A stretch of DNA of 64,000 nt from a virus (IMGVR_UViG_3300036766_001364:1-64000); one strand, 5' to 3'. Counted from the first letter of the stretch, positions 1 to 9,282 are shown. Notes: a model not told the origin generated them from the sequence alone. Program-made: numbers and translations.

Positions 1-10
1 CCAGCTAATC

Positions 11-307
11 ATGCAAACATTCAAACTCAACACCGAATCAGCCGCAGCCGTCGACCGCACCTACGACAACGACACTACCGTCACGTCGACCGTCCTCGAT
101 TTCATCGGCCCCGCCATCGCCCAAGCCGTCGATGCCGCCGTCGCCATCGACCACGACACCGACTTCATCAGCTCACTCGACTTCAAGGCCACCTTCGTCT
201 GCGACCACACATTCTACTTTCTCGACGACCTCATCCTCACCGTCCGCGTCCCCAACATCGACGACGACATCGTCATCACGCACAACGTCCAAGCTCACAA
301 CAACTAA
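11..307 (+). CDS. Possible acidic 98-aa protein with atypical codon usage (almost only NNC/NNA codons, + strand strongly G-depleted). It may instead be a non-coding stretch with strand asymmetry.
   Basis: ORF in track. No Gly/Arg-rich junk. Third positions nearly all C or A, unlike the rest of the window. Only 10 nt upstream inside the window. Confidence 0.3.
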   Translation: MQTFKLNTESAAAVDRTYDNDTTVTSTVLDFIGPAIAQAVDAAVAIDHDTDFISSLDFKATFVCDHTFYFLDDLILTVRVPNIDDDIVITHNVQAHNN

Positions 308-1024
308 CGCCCGTCAGCAGCCAGCCGGCCCTCACCGGCCGGCTGCGCTGTAACCGCTCTCGTCCCCCTCTCCAGCTCTCTCTGTGGCAGCCCTCCACCC
401 CTGACCCGGGTCGGAGGGTTTTCCCATGTCCGGGCGCTGGCCCTCTCTCCCTCCTTCTCTCTGTCTCTCGCCCCCCCGCACAGAAAAAGGCCGACCGGGG
501 GTGGGGGCGCCTCCGTATATGGCGAACAGGGGGCGGGGGGTACCTCTAAGGTCCCCCGAACGGTCTCGATGCTCATCGCCCCGTCTGGACCGTCTCTCCC
601 CAGAGCCCCACGGGTCCGTCGGTGGAGAGAGGCCGCCCGCCCGCGTGGCCGACGCGGCGAGGAGTCCACGGGCGCGACCGGACCGGGAGCCTCCGTCTGT
701 CCGAGAACGGGCGGGGGGAGGACCGCGCGATCGCCCGCTGCCGACGGGCGACCCCCTTTCCCACGCCGCGGGCGCGCCGCGCTCTGCCGGCCCCGCCGTC
801 GCCGTGCCGAGCCGGGCTTCGCCGCGGCCTTGCGTTGCCCGGCTGTGCATTGCCGTCGCCGAGCCGTGCGACGCGTCGCCGACGCATTTCCCTGCCATGC
901 ACAGCCGTAGCCACGCTACGCTCCGCCACGCTCCGCCAGCGCAGCGCGTAGCATCGCCTTGCCCGTGCTCTGCTGTCTCCGCGCGTTGCCCGGCCTTGCG
1001 TTTCTCGCGCGAGACACCGCCGCG

Positions 1025-1062
1025 CAGGGCGTCGCCGACACAGGGCGTCGCCGACACAGGGC
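1025..1062. repeat. Exact tandem duplication of the 16-mer gtcgccgacacagggc (1031-1046 and 1047-1062), preceded by a cagggc copy
   Basis: Read directly in the sequence. Confidence 0.8.
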
Positions 1063-1200
1063 CGTGCCGCGCTCCGCTACGCAGCGCCGCGCTAGACTCT
1101 GCCGCTGCTGAGCCACGCGCGGCTGGGCTATGCCCTCGCTGCGCAGTGCCGTCGCCGGACGGGACCTCGCCGCGGCCTTGTAGCGCGTCGCCGCTGCCTG

Positions 1201-1312
1201 ACGCGGCATAGCAGTGCCGTAGCCGCGCTTATACTGTGCTGTGCCCGCGCTTCTGCCGCCGCTCGACTCTACGGCGCATCGCCGCCGCCTGACATGGCAT
1301 AGCAGTGCCGTC
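1201..1312. repeat. Imperfect direct repeat of about 30 nt, gcctgacRYggcatagcagtgccgtMgc (about 1205-1233 and 1283-1312). A third gcagtgccgtcgc copy lies at about 1143-1158.
   Basis: Read directly. Lies in a 75% GC region (340-1350) with no convincing coding frame. Confidence 0.7.
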
Positions 1313-1352
1313 GCGTCGTCGCGACCCACGGGGACGGGTCGCGCTCGCTCGC

Positions 1353-1955
1353 CTATTCGCGAGTGAGCTCGTAGGTGAACGTGCCCCAGGAACCCGAGCG
1401 CCACTGCCCGAGGCCGATGAACTGCCCGTAGTCGAGCAGCTCGCGCAGCAGGCCCTCGGTGATCTCGGGCTTCAGGACGGAGAGCTCCGCGGAGATCGAG
1501 GTGCCCGCGGGCAGCTCCTCGGAGCGCGCGAGGCCGACGCGCGGCCCCTGCTGCGTCATGGCGCGCAGCGGGCGCTCGTTGATCGTGACGCCCCCGCCGT
1601 CGGGCACTCTCAGCGGGATCAGGCGCGGGCCGACGAACACCGTCGCGGCCACCTTCGAGCGGAGGTTCTTCACCCCGCCCGAGTTGCCCGCGCCGTTGAA
1701 CACCAGCCCGGCCTCCTTGAGGAACCCCTTGACCTGGTAGTTCCAGAGCGCGGGGTCTCCGGCCGCGTCGCGGTGGAACCCCGTCGTGCCCTTCTCGATC
1801 GCCTCGGGGATGGAGTCGATCGTCTCGTCGACCTCTCCCTCGGTCGCGCCCGCGTCGAGCGCCTTCTTCCTGAGGAACTCGGTCGCCACTTCGCGCTGTG
1901 GCTGCGAGCCGAGCAGCGGCTCAGAGAACGTCAGGACCAACCTGTACTTCTGCAT
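1353..1955 (-). CDS. Hypothetical protein, 200 aa. The C-terminal Gly-rich segment GLGQWRSGSWGTF is noted.
   Basis: ORF on the minus strand with normal amino-acid composition. The overlapping + strand frames are Arg/Pro-rich junk. Confidence 0.5.
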   Translation of the reverse strand: MQKYRLVLTFSEPLLGSQPQREVATEFLRKKALDAGATEGEVDETIDSIPEAIEKGTTGFHRDAAGDPALWNYQVKGFLKEAGLVFNGAGNSGGVKNLRSKVAATVFVGPRLIPLRVPDGGGVTINERPLRAMTQQGPRVGLARSEELPAGTSISAELSVLKPEITEGLLRELLDYGQFIGLGQWRSGSWGTFTYELTRE

Positions 1956-2085
1956 CGCACGTCTCCCGTGTGTGTCGCGGCGACGGGCGGCGTCGCCGAT
2001 CCCCGGGCCACCCAGGACGGGCGCCCCGGCCCCACCGTACCATCGCGGACCGGAAGAGAGACGGATCCGCCGCTCGTGGCCGGCG

Positions 2086-2349
2086 TCACTCCGCCCGATC
2101 TGCGTTGAGCCTCGGTCTTTGCGCTTCGGAGACGGTCTCTTTCAAAGCGATGGCCGCGTACCAGTCTGCGGCCGATGCGACCGTCCCGCAGTGCTGGCAG
2201 AAGAGGTGGCGATCGACCGTCGAGTCGGAATATTCGCGCAGGACGTGCGTGCGATCGACATAGCCCGCGCCGATCTGCCTCGGCGCGGCGCACGCGTTGG
2301 TCGGCAGGAACATGGCAACCACCTCTCTCGCGATACGAGCGCATCGCAC
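2086..2349 (-). CDS. Hypothetical small protein (87 aa or shorter)
   Basis: Minus-strand ORF diverging from the 2375 promoter region. Confidence 0.3.
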   Translation of the reverse strand: MRCARIAREVVAMFLPTNACAAPRQIGAGYVDRTHVLREYSDSTVDRHLFCQHCGTVASAADWYAAIALKETVSEAQRPRLNADRAE

Positions 2350-2370
2350 CGCGGCTGAACGCGCTCTCCG

Positions 2371-2380
2371 GTACTATAAT
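2371..2380 (+). promoter_or_regulatory. Promoter-like gtacTATAAT, a perfect -10 hexamer at 2375-2380, 30 nt upstream of the GTG at 2410
   Basis: AT-rich island in a GC-rich genome, followed by the RBS GAGGAGG at 2393-2399. Confidence 0.5.
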
Positions 2381-2409
2381 AGCGCCACGACGCAGAGGAG
2401 GACCGATCA

Positions 2410-2796
2410 GTGAACGACCGAACCGATCCGTCGCCGACGGGCCGCCTCGGCGGGCGTGGCCCCAGCATCCAGAACGCGACGGTCCGCACCGCGAGGGGCG
2501 GCGAGATCCGAGACGCTTTCACGGGCGCGCGCCTTCCGACCGGGGCAGAGAGAGCGGCCCTCGCCGTCGCCGCGAGAGGGACGGTCCACGACTGGCCCTA
2601 CGAGATCCGCGACGAGGAGATACGCGAATGCCGCCGCCGGGGATGGCTCTTCACGTGGCACTCGGTCGTCACGTCGGCGGGCGGCGGCGCTGTGGGCGGC
2701 CGGAACAAGGACGAGATCACGGCGCTTGGGCTGCGCGCACTCCACGCCTATTCGACGCCGGCCAGCGGGCCGTCATCGCTCGCGGAGGGATCGTGA
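2410..2796 (+). CDS. Hypothetical protein (128 aa), GTG start
   Basis: GAGGAGG RBS 10 nt upstream; ORF in track. Confidence 0.6.
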   Translation: MNDRTDPSPTGRLGGRGPSIQNATVRTARGGEIRDAFTGARLPTGAERAALAVAARGTVHDWPYEIRDEEIRECRRRGWLFTWHSVVTSAGGGAVGGRNKDEITALGLRALHAYSTPASGPSSLAEGS

Positions 2797-2972
2797 CCGT
2801 CGCCAGCTGCCTGGACTGCGGGAGAGAGATCTCCGGTCGCCCGATAGAGGATCGATTGAAGATCCTCACGGCGCTGGGGATACCGGCCGCCGTCCGCAGC
2901 GTGGTCTGCGCTCCCTGCGCTCGGGCCGGTGCGGAGCGCGAGAAGGCGTCCGACGGGAGCGGCGGGCGATGA
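2793..2972 (+). CDS. Small zinc-ribbon protein (CxxC...CxxC), 59 aa, GTG start
   Basis: GGAGGGA RBS; 4-nt overlap with the previous stop. Confidence 0.4.
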   Translation: MTVASCLDCGREISGRPIEDRLKILTALGIPAAVRSVVCAPCARAGAEREKASDGSGGR

Positions 2973-3295
2973 CCAAGACCGAGATCGCGGTCTTCGTCGC
3001 CGTCGGCGCCGGCGCTTTCTTCATGCGTTTCGAGGGGTGGACGCCGAACTTCTACTTCACGTTTATCGGCGGCGTGATCGGCGGCGCGCTCATCGGGTTC
3101 GACGAGGGCAAGCGCAGCGCGATCAAGTCTGCGCGCTCGCTAGGCGAGGACGCGATCGCCGACGAGCCCTGCTTGACGTGCGGACTCCAGTACAGCGCGG
3201 GCGACTCGATCGGGCCGGCGGGCTGGCACGACGGTCACTTCTGGCGCGACCGAGCGGGCCTGACGCCGGCCCAGAAGCGGAGGACCCGTGCCTGA
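2969..3295 (+). CDS. Small membrane protein (hydrophobic N-terminal half)
   Basis: ATGA overlap with the upstream gene; hydrophobic segment FVAVGAGAFFM...FIGGVIGGALIG. Confidence 0.5.
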   Translation: MTKTEIAVFVAVGAGAFFMRFEGWTPNFYFTFIGGVIGGALIGFDEGKRSAIKSARSLGEDAIADEPCLTCGLQYSAGDSIGPAGWHDGHFWRDRAGLTPAQKRRTRA

Positions 3296-3509
3296 CGAAT
3301 TCCCACAGGACGCGATCTGCCACGGCGGGAGCTCGAACGCCTTTGGTGCCCCGTGTACGAAAGACCCGACGCACGACATCACGGTTGACGGCGGGGGTGG
3401 GTTCATCGGCAGACTCTGTGACGAGTGTCTGGATCGCTACGAGGAGCTCTTTACCGGTAACGCTCGACGAGCGCTGCGGTACAAGACTGAGCAGGAAGTG
3501 AGAGGATGA
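3288..3509 (+). CDS. Hypothetical Cys-containing small protein
   Basis: ORF in track, overlapping gene chain. Confidence 0.35.
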   Translation: MPDEFPQDAICHGGSSNAFGAPCTKDPTHDITVDGGGGFIGRLCDECLDRYEELFTGNARRALRYKTEQEVRG

Positions 3510-3793
3510 CTGAACGCGAAGACGCCGATGACTTTCGTTTTCACGGCGATGCTCCAGTCCGTCTCGTGCTGACAGACTCTTATGTGGTCGCGCCAGGTGG
3601 GATCCCGGCATTCGAGGCCGCCGCGGCTCGAGACGCCCGCGTCGAGACTCTGGTGCGCTTGCTCCGAGCGCGCGAATGGTCGCCCACCGGCGGCCCAGAG
3701 GGGCGTGAATGCGACGACTGCGGGCGCTTTCAAAGCGAGGGTCACGCCCGGGACTGCGAGCTCGCGAGGGCGATCGAGGGACGAGATGGATGA
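3506..3793 (+). CDS. Hypothetical protein (95 aa)
   Basis: ATG with GAGAGG RBS. Confidence 0.45.
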   Translation: MTEREDADDFRFHGDAPVRLVLTDSYVVAPGGIPAFEAAAARDARVETLVRLLRAREWSPTGGPEGRECDDCGRFQSEGHARDCELARAIEGRDG

Positions 3794-4196
3794 CGCCCGG
3801 CTGCCAGACGACGAACAGTTCGAGCGCGCGACGGCCGCGAAGGTGGTGCGATCCTCAGACGGCGGGTGGTCTGTCACGCGGACGAACGGCTGGGGCTGTT
3901 CGTCCAAGACGCCGGGATCACGCCCGAGGTCGGCGACGCGTTCAGGCTCTACGGGCGCGGCATCGGCTACGCCGTGCGCGGGCGAGGTGACATGCGCCCA
4001 TTTCCGTGGCACCCGCGACCCATTCGGCACGACGACGCGCATCCAGCACGGCGACGACCCCGAGGCCGCCCGCGACTTCACGGCGGGGGTCATGCCCGAG
4101 GGGGTGTGCGAGAACGGTCACGACGTGGCGCTTGAGCGGTGGCTGTTTGCCACGATGCGCCACGCCGGGTGCGCACCGACAGGAGAGGAGCGATGA
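3786..4196 (+). CDS. Hypothetical protein (136 aa)
   Basis: In-frame ATG at 3786 after GAGGGA; upstream part of track ORF 3582 is probably not translated. Confidence 0.45.
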   Translation: MDDARLPDDEQFERATAAKVVRSSDGGWSVTRTNGWGCSSKTPGSRPRSATRSGSTGAASATPCAGEVTCAHFRGTRDPFGTTTRIQHGDDPEAARDFTAGVMPEGVCENGHDVALERWLFATMRHAGCAPTGEER

Positions 4197-4642
4197 CCCA
4201 GACGAACCGCGAAGCGACGCAGGCGGTGGTGGATGCCGCGCGAAAGGACGCCGCCGCGGCGAATCACCCGTTCGCATCGCTCTGTGGGTGCGATATCCAC
4301 ATCGCCCTTCGCACCCTCGACGCCACGCTGGAGACGGAGAGCGAGCGCATCTTCCGCAAGCTGTCACTCGCCTTCAACCGATGGGCTGACGGGGAGCGAC
4401 ACAGCCACGCGGATGAATGCCTGAGCGCCGGATTCCTTACCCGCGTTACAGGCGGACGATTCACAGGCTCTCATCCATTGAACGACGTTGAAGCCACGCT
4501 AGACGCCTACCTCGCCTCCAAGCCGGAGATGCTGGATATCGCAAAGCGCGGAATACAGGATGCGCTGAACTGCTTGGGCGATACCAGATCGGTGGGGAAC
4601 CGTCTCAGCGCTCTGCTGATCGAGTTGGAGGCGGAACGATGA
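4193..4642 (+). CDS. Hypothetical protein, paralog family A (paralog at 16529..17008)
   Basis: AGGAGAGGAG RBS. Shared block ERIFRKLSLAFNRWADGER...ATLDAYLA matches DRVFRKLARSFPIWRDGQR...AALDAYLA. Confidence 0.55.
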   Translation: MTQTNREATQAVVDAARKDAAAANHPFASLCGCDIHIALRTLDATLETESERIFRKLSLAFNRWADGERHSHADECLSAGFLTRVTGGRFTGSHPLNDVEATLDAYLASKPEMLDIAKRGIQDALNCLGDTRSVGNRLSALLIELEAER

Positions 4643-4854
4643 GCGGTGAAGTCGGGCGTTCTCAACTCGATTCGATGCTGTGCGACGGCGATGGCTGTCT
4701 CGGTGATCATGACGGGCTTTTCTTCCATTCACGGTGTCACAGCAGTGTCCCGACGTGGGTGGTCTACAGCCATGGAGTTGCCACGATTACCTGCGCCGAA
4801 TGCAAAGAGCCGATAGCGCGCCTGCTCATCGGCGACTGCGAGGCGGCATCGTGA
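4639..4854 (+). CDS. Hypothetical Cys/His-rich small protein
   Basis: ORF in overlapping gene chain. Confidence 0.4.
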   Translation: MSGEVGRSQLDSMLCDGDGCLGDHDGLFFHSRCHSSVPTWVVYSHGVATITCAECKEPIARLLIGDCEAAS

Positions 4855-5033
4855 CGCAGCCCAACAGTTCTCCACAGCTACTTGGCAGAATGGAGTTCGA
4901 TGATGGCACTGGTATTGAACTGTTCCAGTGTCCTGACTGCGAGACTGTTCTCACAACCGAGATTCTTTGCCCTGTTTGTATGCTTCGTCGGGAGATAGCG
5001 GACATGCGGGAAGACTTGCGAGCGATTCGATGA
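4851..5033 (+). CDS. Small zinc-ribbon protein, paralog family B (DDGTG...CPxC...CPxC); paralog at 21310..21498
   Basis: GTG start. FDDGTGIELFQCPDCE...CPVCMLRRE matches VDDGTGFDVFLCPVC...CPICLLREE. Confidence 0.5.
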   Translation: MTQPNSSPQLLGRMEFDDGTGIELFQCPDCETVLTTEILCPVCMLRREIADMREDLRAIR

Positions 5034-5269
5034 CGCAGCCCACAAGCATCGAACTGGCAGAGGCGCTACGCACCTGTCTAGCCCGCAGTTGGCGCTATCA
5101 CGAATCAAACGACCTACAGGCCATTCTTGACGCATTTGACCCCGAGCAGGCGCGGCTAGAGGCGATGGTGGTAAAGGCGGCGCTGGTGTGGCCAAGCTCC
5201 CTCACCGAACTATGGATGGCAGTCAAATCTCTCGAAACTCACATCGCAGTGAAGGAGGCCAAGCCGTGA
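5030..5269 (+). CDS. Hypothetical protein, paralog family C (paralogs at 9327..9713 and 19545..19838)
   Basis: Shared FDPEQARLEAMVVKAAL...LETHIAVKEAKP-type C-terminus. Confidence 0.55.
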   Translation: MTQPTSIELAEALRTCLARSWRYHESNDLQAILDAFDPEQARLEAMVVKAALVWPSSLTELWMAVKSLETHIAVKEAKP

Positions 5270-5500
5270 TTAGCAGGGAACTGGCAATCGAACTGCATAA
5301 ACGGCTGAACAATGCAGGCACGCTCACTGGCTTGGGTGACGTGAAAACGGCGGTCTACGAATTAATCGAGGTAATGAGCCGACTGGTGGACGCGGCCACG
5401 GAGCACCCGCGATGAACGTACACCTGCCCGCCGAGTACCGCCTGTCGCCCGAGCGTCGTGAGCTGGTGCCGACGTGGCGGGTAATCGCGTGGAGGCCGTC

Positions 5501-5737
5501 ATGACCAAATTGCAGACCAAAGAAGTCCTGCGAGACATCGAGCGGGAACGCCGCCAGTGGGCCGATCTGATCAACCTCATCGAACGACTGGCGGAGGATA
5601 TCAGAGTCCACCTCGGCTGGTGCGAGGAACACCAGCGCTACGAACCGAACGGAGAACCGTTCGACGGGTTTCCGGGGAGCACGTACCAAGCCGACCTGCT
5701 CGCCAAAGCCGAGCGCGTGACGAAAAGAGAGGCGTAA
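5501..5737 (+). CDS. Hypothetical protein (78 aa)
   Basis: GGAGG RBS then ATG at 5501, internal to track ORF 5474. Confidence 0.45.
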   Translation: MTKLQTKEVLRDIERERRQWADLINLIERLAEDIRVHLGWCEEHQRYEPNGEPFDGFPGSTYQADLLAKAERVTKREA

Positions 5738-5738
5738 C

Positions 5739-6065
5739 ATGGGAGACATGGCGGACTTTGCCTTAGACGCCGTGATGGATGACGAAGAAGCGCGACTCGA
5801 CTTCCACATGGGTCTGACGAACATCGTCGAAGCCTATGAGCGTGGAATAGTCGATGAGCTTGGGCGCGAGCTGTCCTATCGCCTCGCTTTGCTCATCCGA
5901 TGCAAGTACTGTAGCGCTCCCGATCTTCATTGGAAAGACGTTGAACGCGGCTGGCGTCTAGTTGACGGCGCAGGAGACGTCCACAGTTGCGCGAAGTATG
6001 GACGCGCGAAGCACTCGGAGAAGCGGCGGCCCGGTTCGATGCCGGAGCTCCCGGAGGCGAAGTGA
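5739..6065 (+). CDS. Hypothetical protein (108 aa)
   Basis: AGAGAGG RBS; ORF in track. Confidence 0.45.
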   Translation: MGDMADFALDAVMDDEEARLDFHMGLTNIVEAYERGIVDELGRELSYRLALLIRCKYCSAPDLHWKDVERGWRLVDGAGDVHSCAKYGRAKHSEKRRPGSMPELPEAK

Positions 6066-6307
6066 GCGGTCTGAATCGCTATCGGCTGGCGGTCGGCCCG
6101 TGGTTGGACCGCTGGAGGGTGATGTACTCGGCGACGGTCTGCGACGGGTGGGCCCAGTCGTTCGTGGTCATCGCGCGAAGCGAGGCGGCGGCACACCTGG
6201 TCGCGAAGGGCATCAGGCTGTCGATCGCGGAAGGACTCGCCGACGCGAGCGACGTCCAGTCGCTGTACCGCGCCGCCCGGACGACCCTCGGCAGAGTCGA
6301 CTCGTGA
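6062..6307 (+). CDS. Hypothetical protein (81 aa), GTG start
   Basis: GGAGG at 6050-6054; overlap chain. Confidence 0.35.
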   Translation: MSGLNRYRLAVGPWLDRWRVMYSATVCDGWAQSFVVIARSEAAAHLVAKGIRLSIAEGLADASDVQSLYRAARTTLGRVDS

Positions 6308-6732
6308 ACGCACGTCTGTCGGTGTATTATCGCGGCGTGCGCGTCCTCGTCTGCGGAGGTCGAAACTTTGGACACCTGGCCGACTGTCGCGGTGGCGACT
6401 GCCTTTCCTGCGACCCCGTGGACTTCAAGATCATCGAGGCAGAGCTGGCGAAGCTCGGCTCGGGCGACATCGTGATCGAGGGCGACGCGCGCGGAGCCGA
6501 TCGGATCGGCGGCCACATCGCCGCGGCGTTGGGCCACGAGGTCCTCGTCTTTCCGGCGCAGTGGGATAAGTTCCACAGAGCGGCCGGACTGATCCGCAAC
6601 CAACAGATGCTCACCGAGGGGAAGCCAGACCGAGTGCTCGCGTTCCACCGCGACCTCGCGCGCTCGAAGGGGACGAAAGACATGGTAGCCCGTTCAAAGT
6701 GGGCGGGACTGCCCGTGGAGGTGTTGCCTTGA
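6304..6732 (+). CDS. SLOG / DUF2493-like Rossmann-fold protein (YspA/DprA/LOG-like)
   Basis: VLVCGGRNFG...IVIEGDARGADRIGGHIAAALG...VLVFPAQW matches the GGR...GGA.GAD SLOG signature. Confidence 0.55.
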   Translation: MNARLSVYYRGVRVLVCGGRNFGHLADCRGGDCLSCDPVDFKIIEAELAKLGSGDIVIEGDARGADRIGGHIAAALGHEVLVFPAQWDKFHRAAGLIRNQQMLTEGKPDRVLAFHRDLARSKGTKDMVARSKWAGLPVEVLP

Positions 6733-7091
6733 CTTATCCACCGGACATCCCCAAGGGGTTGTTCAGAGACGACGAGGGGTTCCTGAAGGCGGTCAAGGAC
6801 TATGACGAGAATGGCCTCCCGCGGCGGCCATCCGTCGATCCCTACGACTTGACCGGCAAAGCGTGCACGGCAGTCTCTGCGCGGGACGGGTTCAAAGGGG
6901 AGTGCGGACACCCCGCGTTCACCGTCTGGTCGTGGGCGCCTGGGCACCTCGACGGGTACCGCTGCGTCTGTTGCGTCCGCAGGGCGTGGGAGGAATCGTC
7001 TGCCAATTTGAAGAAAGAACTCGATTCCCTGCCATCGGGCTGCTCAGCGCAGTCCGAAGGACAGTCGGGAATGGAGGAAACCGATGATTAA
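6699..7091 (+). CDS. Hypothetical protein; true start is either GTG 6699 or TTG 6729
   Basis: GGAGG 7 nt before the TTG at 6729. Confidence 0.4.
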   Translation: MGGTARGGVALTYPPDIPKGLFRDDEGFLKAVKDYDENGLPRRPSVDPYDLTGKACTAVSARDGFKGECGHPAFTVWSWAPGHLDGYRCVCCVRRAWEESSANLKKELDSLPSGCSAQSEGQSGMEETDD

Positions 7092-7497
7092 GCTGGAGCG
7101 CGGCGACTATCATGTGGAGATCGAGTATCCGAAATTGGTCTGGATCGAAGGCAGACTGATTGGAGGTCACTTCGGCGACGGGTACATCGTGCGCGTGTGG
7201 CGAGACGTCCCAGAGGCCCCCGGGCCGGCGACGTGGGCCCGTTACAGCGGCGTGGGACCGGTCAATGAAGTGTACCCCTATCAGTGCTGCCTGCGGGGCG
7301 AGCTGAAGAAGCCGGGGCTGCTGTTCAACAGATCAGTTCCAAGCGTCGAGCGACAGCTCTCAGACGCCGTCGTTCGCGCCATCGTCTTGGCTGAGCGAGC
7401 TGCAGATGAGGCGCAAAAGCGACGCGTCGCCGATGAAGCGCTCGCTGATCTCATACGCAAGGAGATGGTGAGCGGACCGCATGTGGCGTCCCTGTGA
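7084..7497 (+). CDS. Hypothetical protein (137 aa)
   Basis: GGAGGAAACCG then ATG. Confidence 0.5.
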   Translation: MIKLERGDYHVEIEYPKLVWIEGRLIGGHFGDGYIVRVWRDVPEAPGPATWARYSGVGPVNEVYPYQCCLRGELKKPGLLFNRSVPSVERQLSDAVVRAIVLAERAADEAQKRRVADEALADLIRKEMVSGPHVASL

Positions 7498-7654
7498 CGA
7501 CCGTCGGGACCATATACGATCGCGTCTTACCGAGGATCAGAGAGTTGCGGGTCGGCTTCGATCGTGAGCGCGTCCTGCGCTTCGATCTATACGGATCTCC
7601 TCCGCGAGCCGTCTGGCTTCGCCTGAAGAAAGCGCGCGAAGAGAGGAAGGCGAT

Positions 7655-7975
7655 TTGACACTAAGCGTCGAAGTCAAGGCCGAACGCACGGACGCGTGGA
7701 CGGGCGCCGTCTCGGAAGGCGTCTGTCGCCTCGAGATCCGCGACGGCCACGATAAAAAGCCGTGGATCTACATTACGCGCGGGGGCGTGACCGGCTACGA
7801 GTCCCTGTCCGTCGAGTCTTTTCTGAAGCGCGACCGCTGCGATCCCGACGCGTGCGACAAATCCTGGAACGCCTGCTGGGGCACGGAGAAGCGATGGGAC
7901 GGGCTCGTCGTGCCCGCCCGCGAGTTCCACCGCGCGCTGAAAGAGCTGGGGGTCTTCGATGACGTGCGAGCGTAA
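7655..7975 (+). CDS. Hypothetical protein (106 aa), TTG start
   Basis: GAGGAAGG RBS. Confidence 0.45.
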   Translation: MTLSVEVKAERTDAWTGAVSEGVCRLEIRDGHDKKPWIYITRGGVTGYESLSVESFLKRDRCDPDACDKSWNACWGTEKRWDGLVVPAREFHRALKELGVFDDVRA

Positions 7976-8064
7976 GAACTGCGTCGGCGAGTCAGACGCA
8001 CGCGAGCACCGTCGGCCGTGCGGCCCGATCCAGCCGAACGAGGTCGTATGCGGGGAGGACGACC

Positions 8065-9222
8065 ATGCTCCAGACTGAAGGAGAGAGCGCGGTGGGCATA
8101 TTCGGTCACGTCGCGATGACGGTCTCTCCCCTGACGTACACGATTTCTGTCGCGGGCATCATCGATCTCGCGTTCGCCTCTAACCTCTCTCGATGGGAGA
8201 GCGTCTACCTCGTGCAGGTGATGAGCGAGTCGGGGCTGCCGGTCGTCGACCCGCTGCTCGCGCTCAAGGGACTCGAGTTCGCGTGTCTCGTGAGCAGGAC
8301 AGACAGCATCTCGGTGGACGCGTTCTGCTCGACAGGCGGCTGCTTCGTGCGCTCGACTTACCACCGCAGCGACCGCAGGCTCATCGCCGAGGTCGCCGCT
8401 CAGACCGCGGCGGACGCCGAGCGGATCGCCGGCCTGATCAGGGCGAACATGCCCGCGCCCGTCAAGGCCCTGGACGGGACCTGCCCGTTCACTTTCTGGA
8501 ACAGGTCTGACAGCGGCCCGCGCAGCTTCTATCGGAGGCTTGCGGTCCCGGCGTGGGACGCGATCATGGACAACTACGCCGAGAGGACAAGGGACGCGCT
8601 GGACGACCTCATGAGCATGGCGCCGCCGCTGCCCGGCGGGCGCCTGGTGCTGCTGCACGGTGACCCCGGGACGGGAAAGTCCTACGCTATCCGCGCGCTC
8701 GCGAACCGGTGGGCGCCGTGGTGCGCGGCCCACTACGTGACCGACCCCGAGGCGTTCTTCGGAGACGCTTCCTACCTGATGTCGGTGCTCCTCAGTCAGA
8801 GTGAGACGGCAGCGGCGGTGGAACCGGACGAGGGGGCGGGCAGCCGCTGGCGGCTGATCATCGCAGAAGACGCAGACCAGTACCTCTCGTCGGACGCGCG
8901 CGAGCGCAGCGGGTCGGCTCTCGGCCGCTTGCTCAACGTCACCGACGGGCTGATCGGCCAGGGGTTGAACATGATCGTCCTGCTGACGACGAACGAGCCG
9001 CTGGACAAGATCCACCCCGCCGTGAGCCGCCCCGGCCGCTGCCTCAACAGCACCGAATTCATGGCGCTGTCGCTCGAAGAATCGACGCGATGGCTGGCGA
9101 ACCGCCGCACAGACGCGCCCGTCGACAAGCCCCTCACCATCGCCGAACTGTACGAACGAGCCAGCGGTACGGAGCATGGGAACACGCGCTCGTCTCGCCG
9201 CGCGATCGGCTACTTGACCTGA
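8065..9222 (+). CDS. AAA+ family ATPase with an N-terminal domain of about 190 aa of unknown function
   Basis: Walker A LLHGDPGTGKSY, Walker B LIIAEDADQYL, sensor-2 PAVSRPGRC. Confidence 0.8.
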   Translation: MLQTEGESAVGIFGHVAMTVSPLTYTISVAGIIDLAFASNLSRWESVYLVQVMSESGLPVVDPLLALKGLEFACLVSRTDSISVDAFCSTGGCFVRSTYHRSDRRLIAEVAAQTAADAERIAGLIRANMPAPVKALDGTCPFTFWNRSDSGPRSFYRRLAVPAWDAIMDNYAERTRDALDDLMSMAPPLPGGRLVLLHGDPGTGKSYAIRALANRWAPWCAAHYVTDPEAFFGDASYLMSVLLSQSETAAAVEPDEGAGSRWRLIIAEDADQYLSSDARERSGSALGRLLNVTDGLIGQGLNMIVLLTTNEPLDKIHPAVSRPGRCLNSTEFMALSLEESTRWLANRRTDAPVDKPLTIAELYERASGTEHGNTRSSRRAIGYLT

Positions 9223-9282
9223 CTCGGCCACGCGGGCGTGTCGCCGACTGGTCTCCGTTCGCCCCATGACGCACGCTCTCGC

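Noticed and set aside
332-1404. Multiple overlapping ORFs in all six frames (such as 426..1211 and 332..1057)
   Set aside because: The region is 75% GC with repeats and homopolymer runs. Every frame is open and Arg/Pro/Ala-rich, and none shows a protein-like composition.
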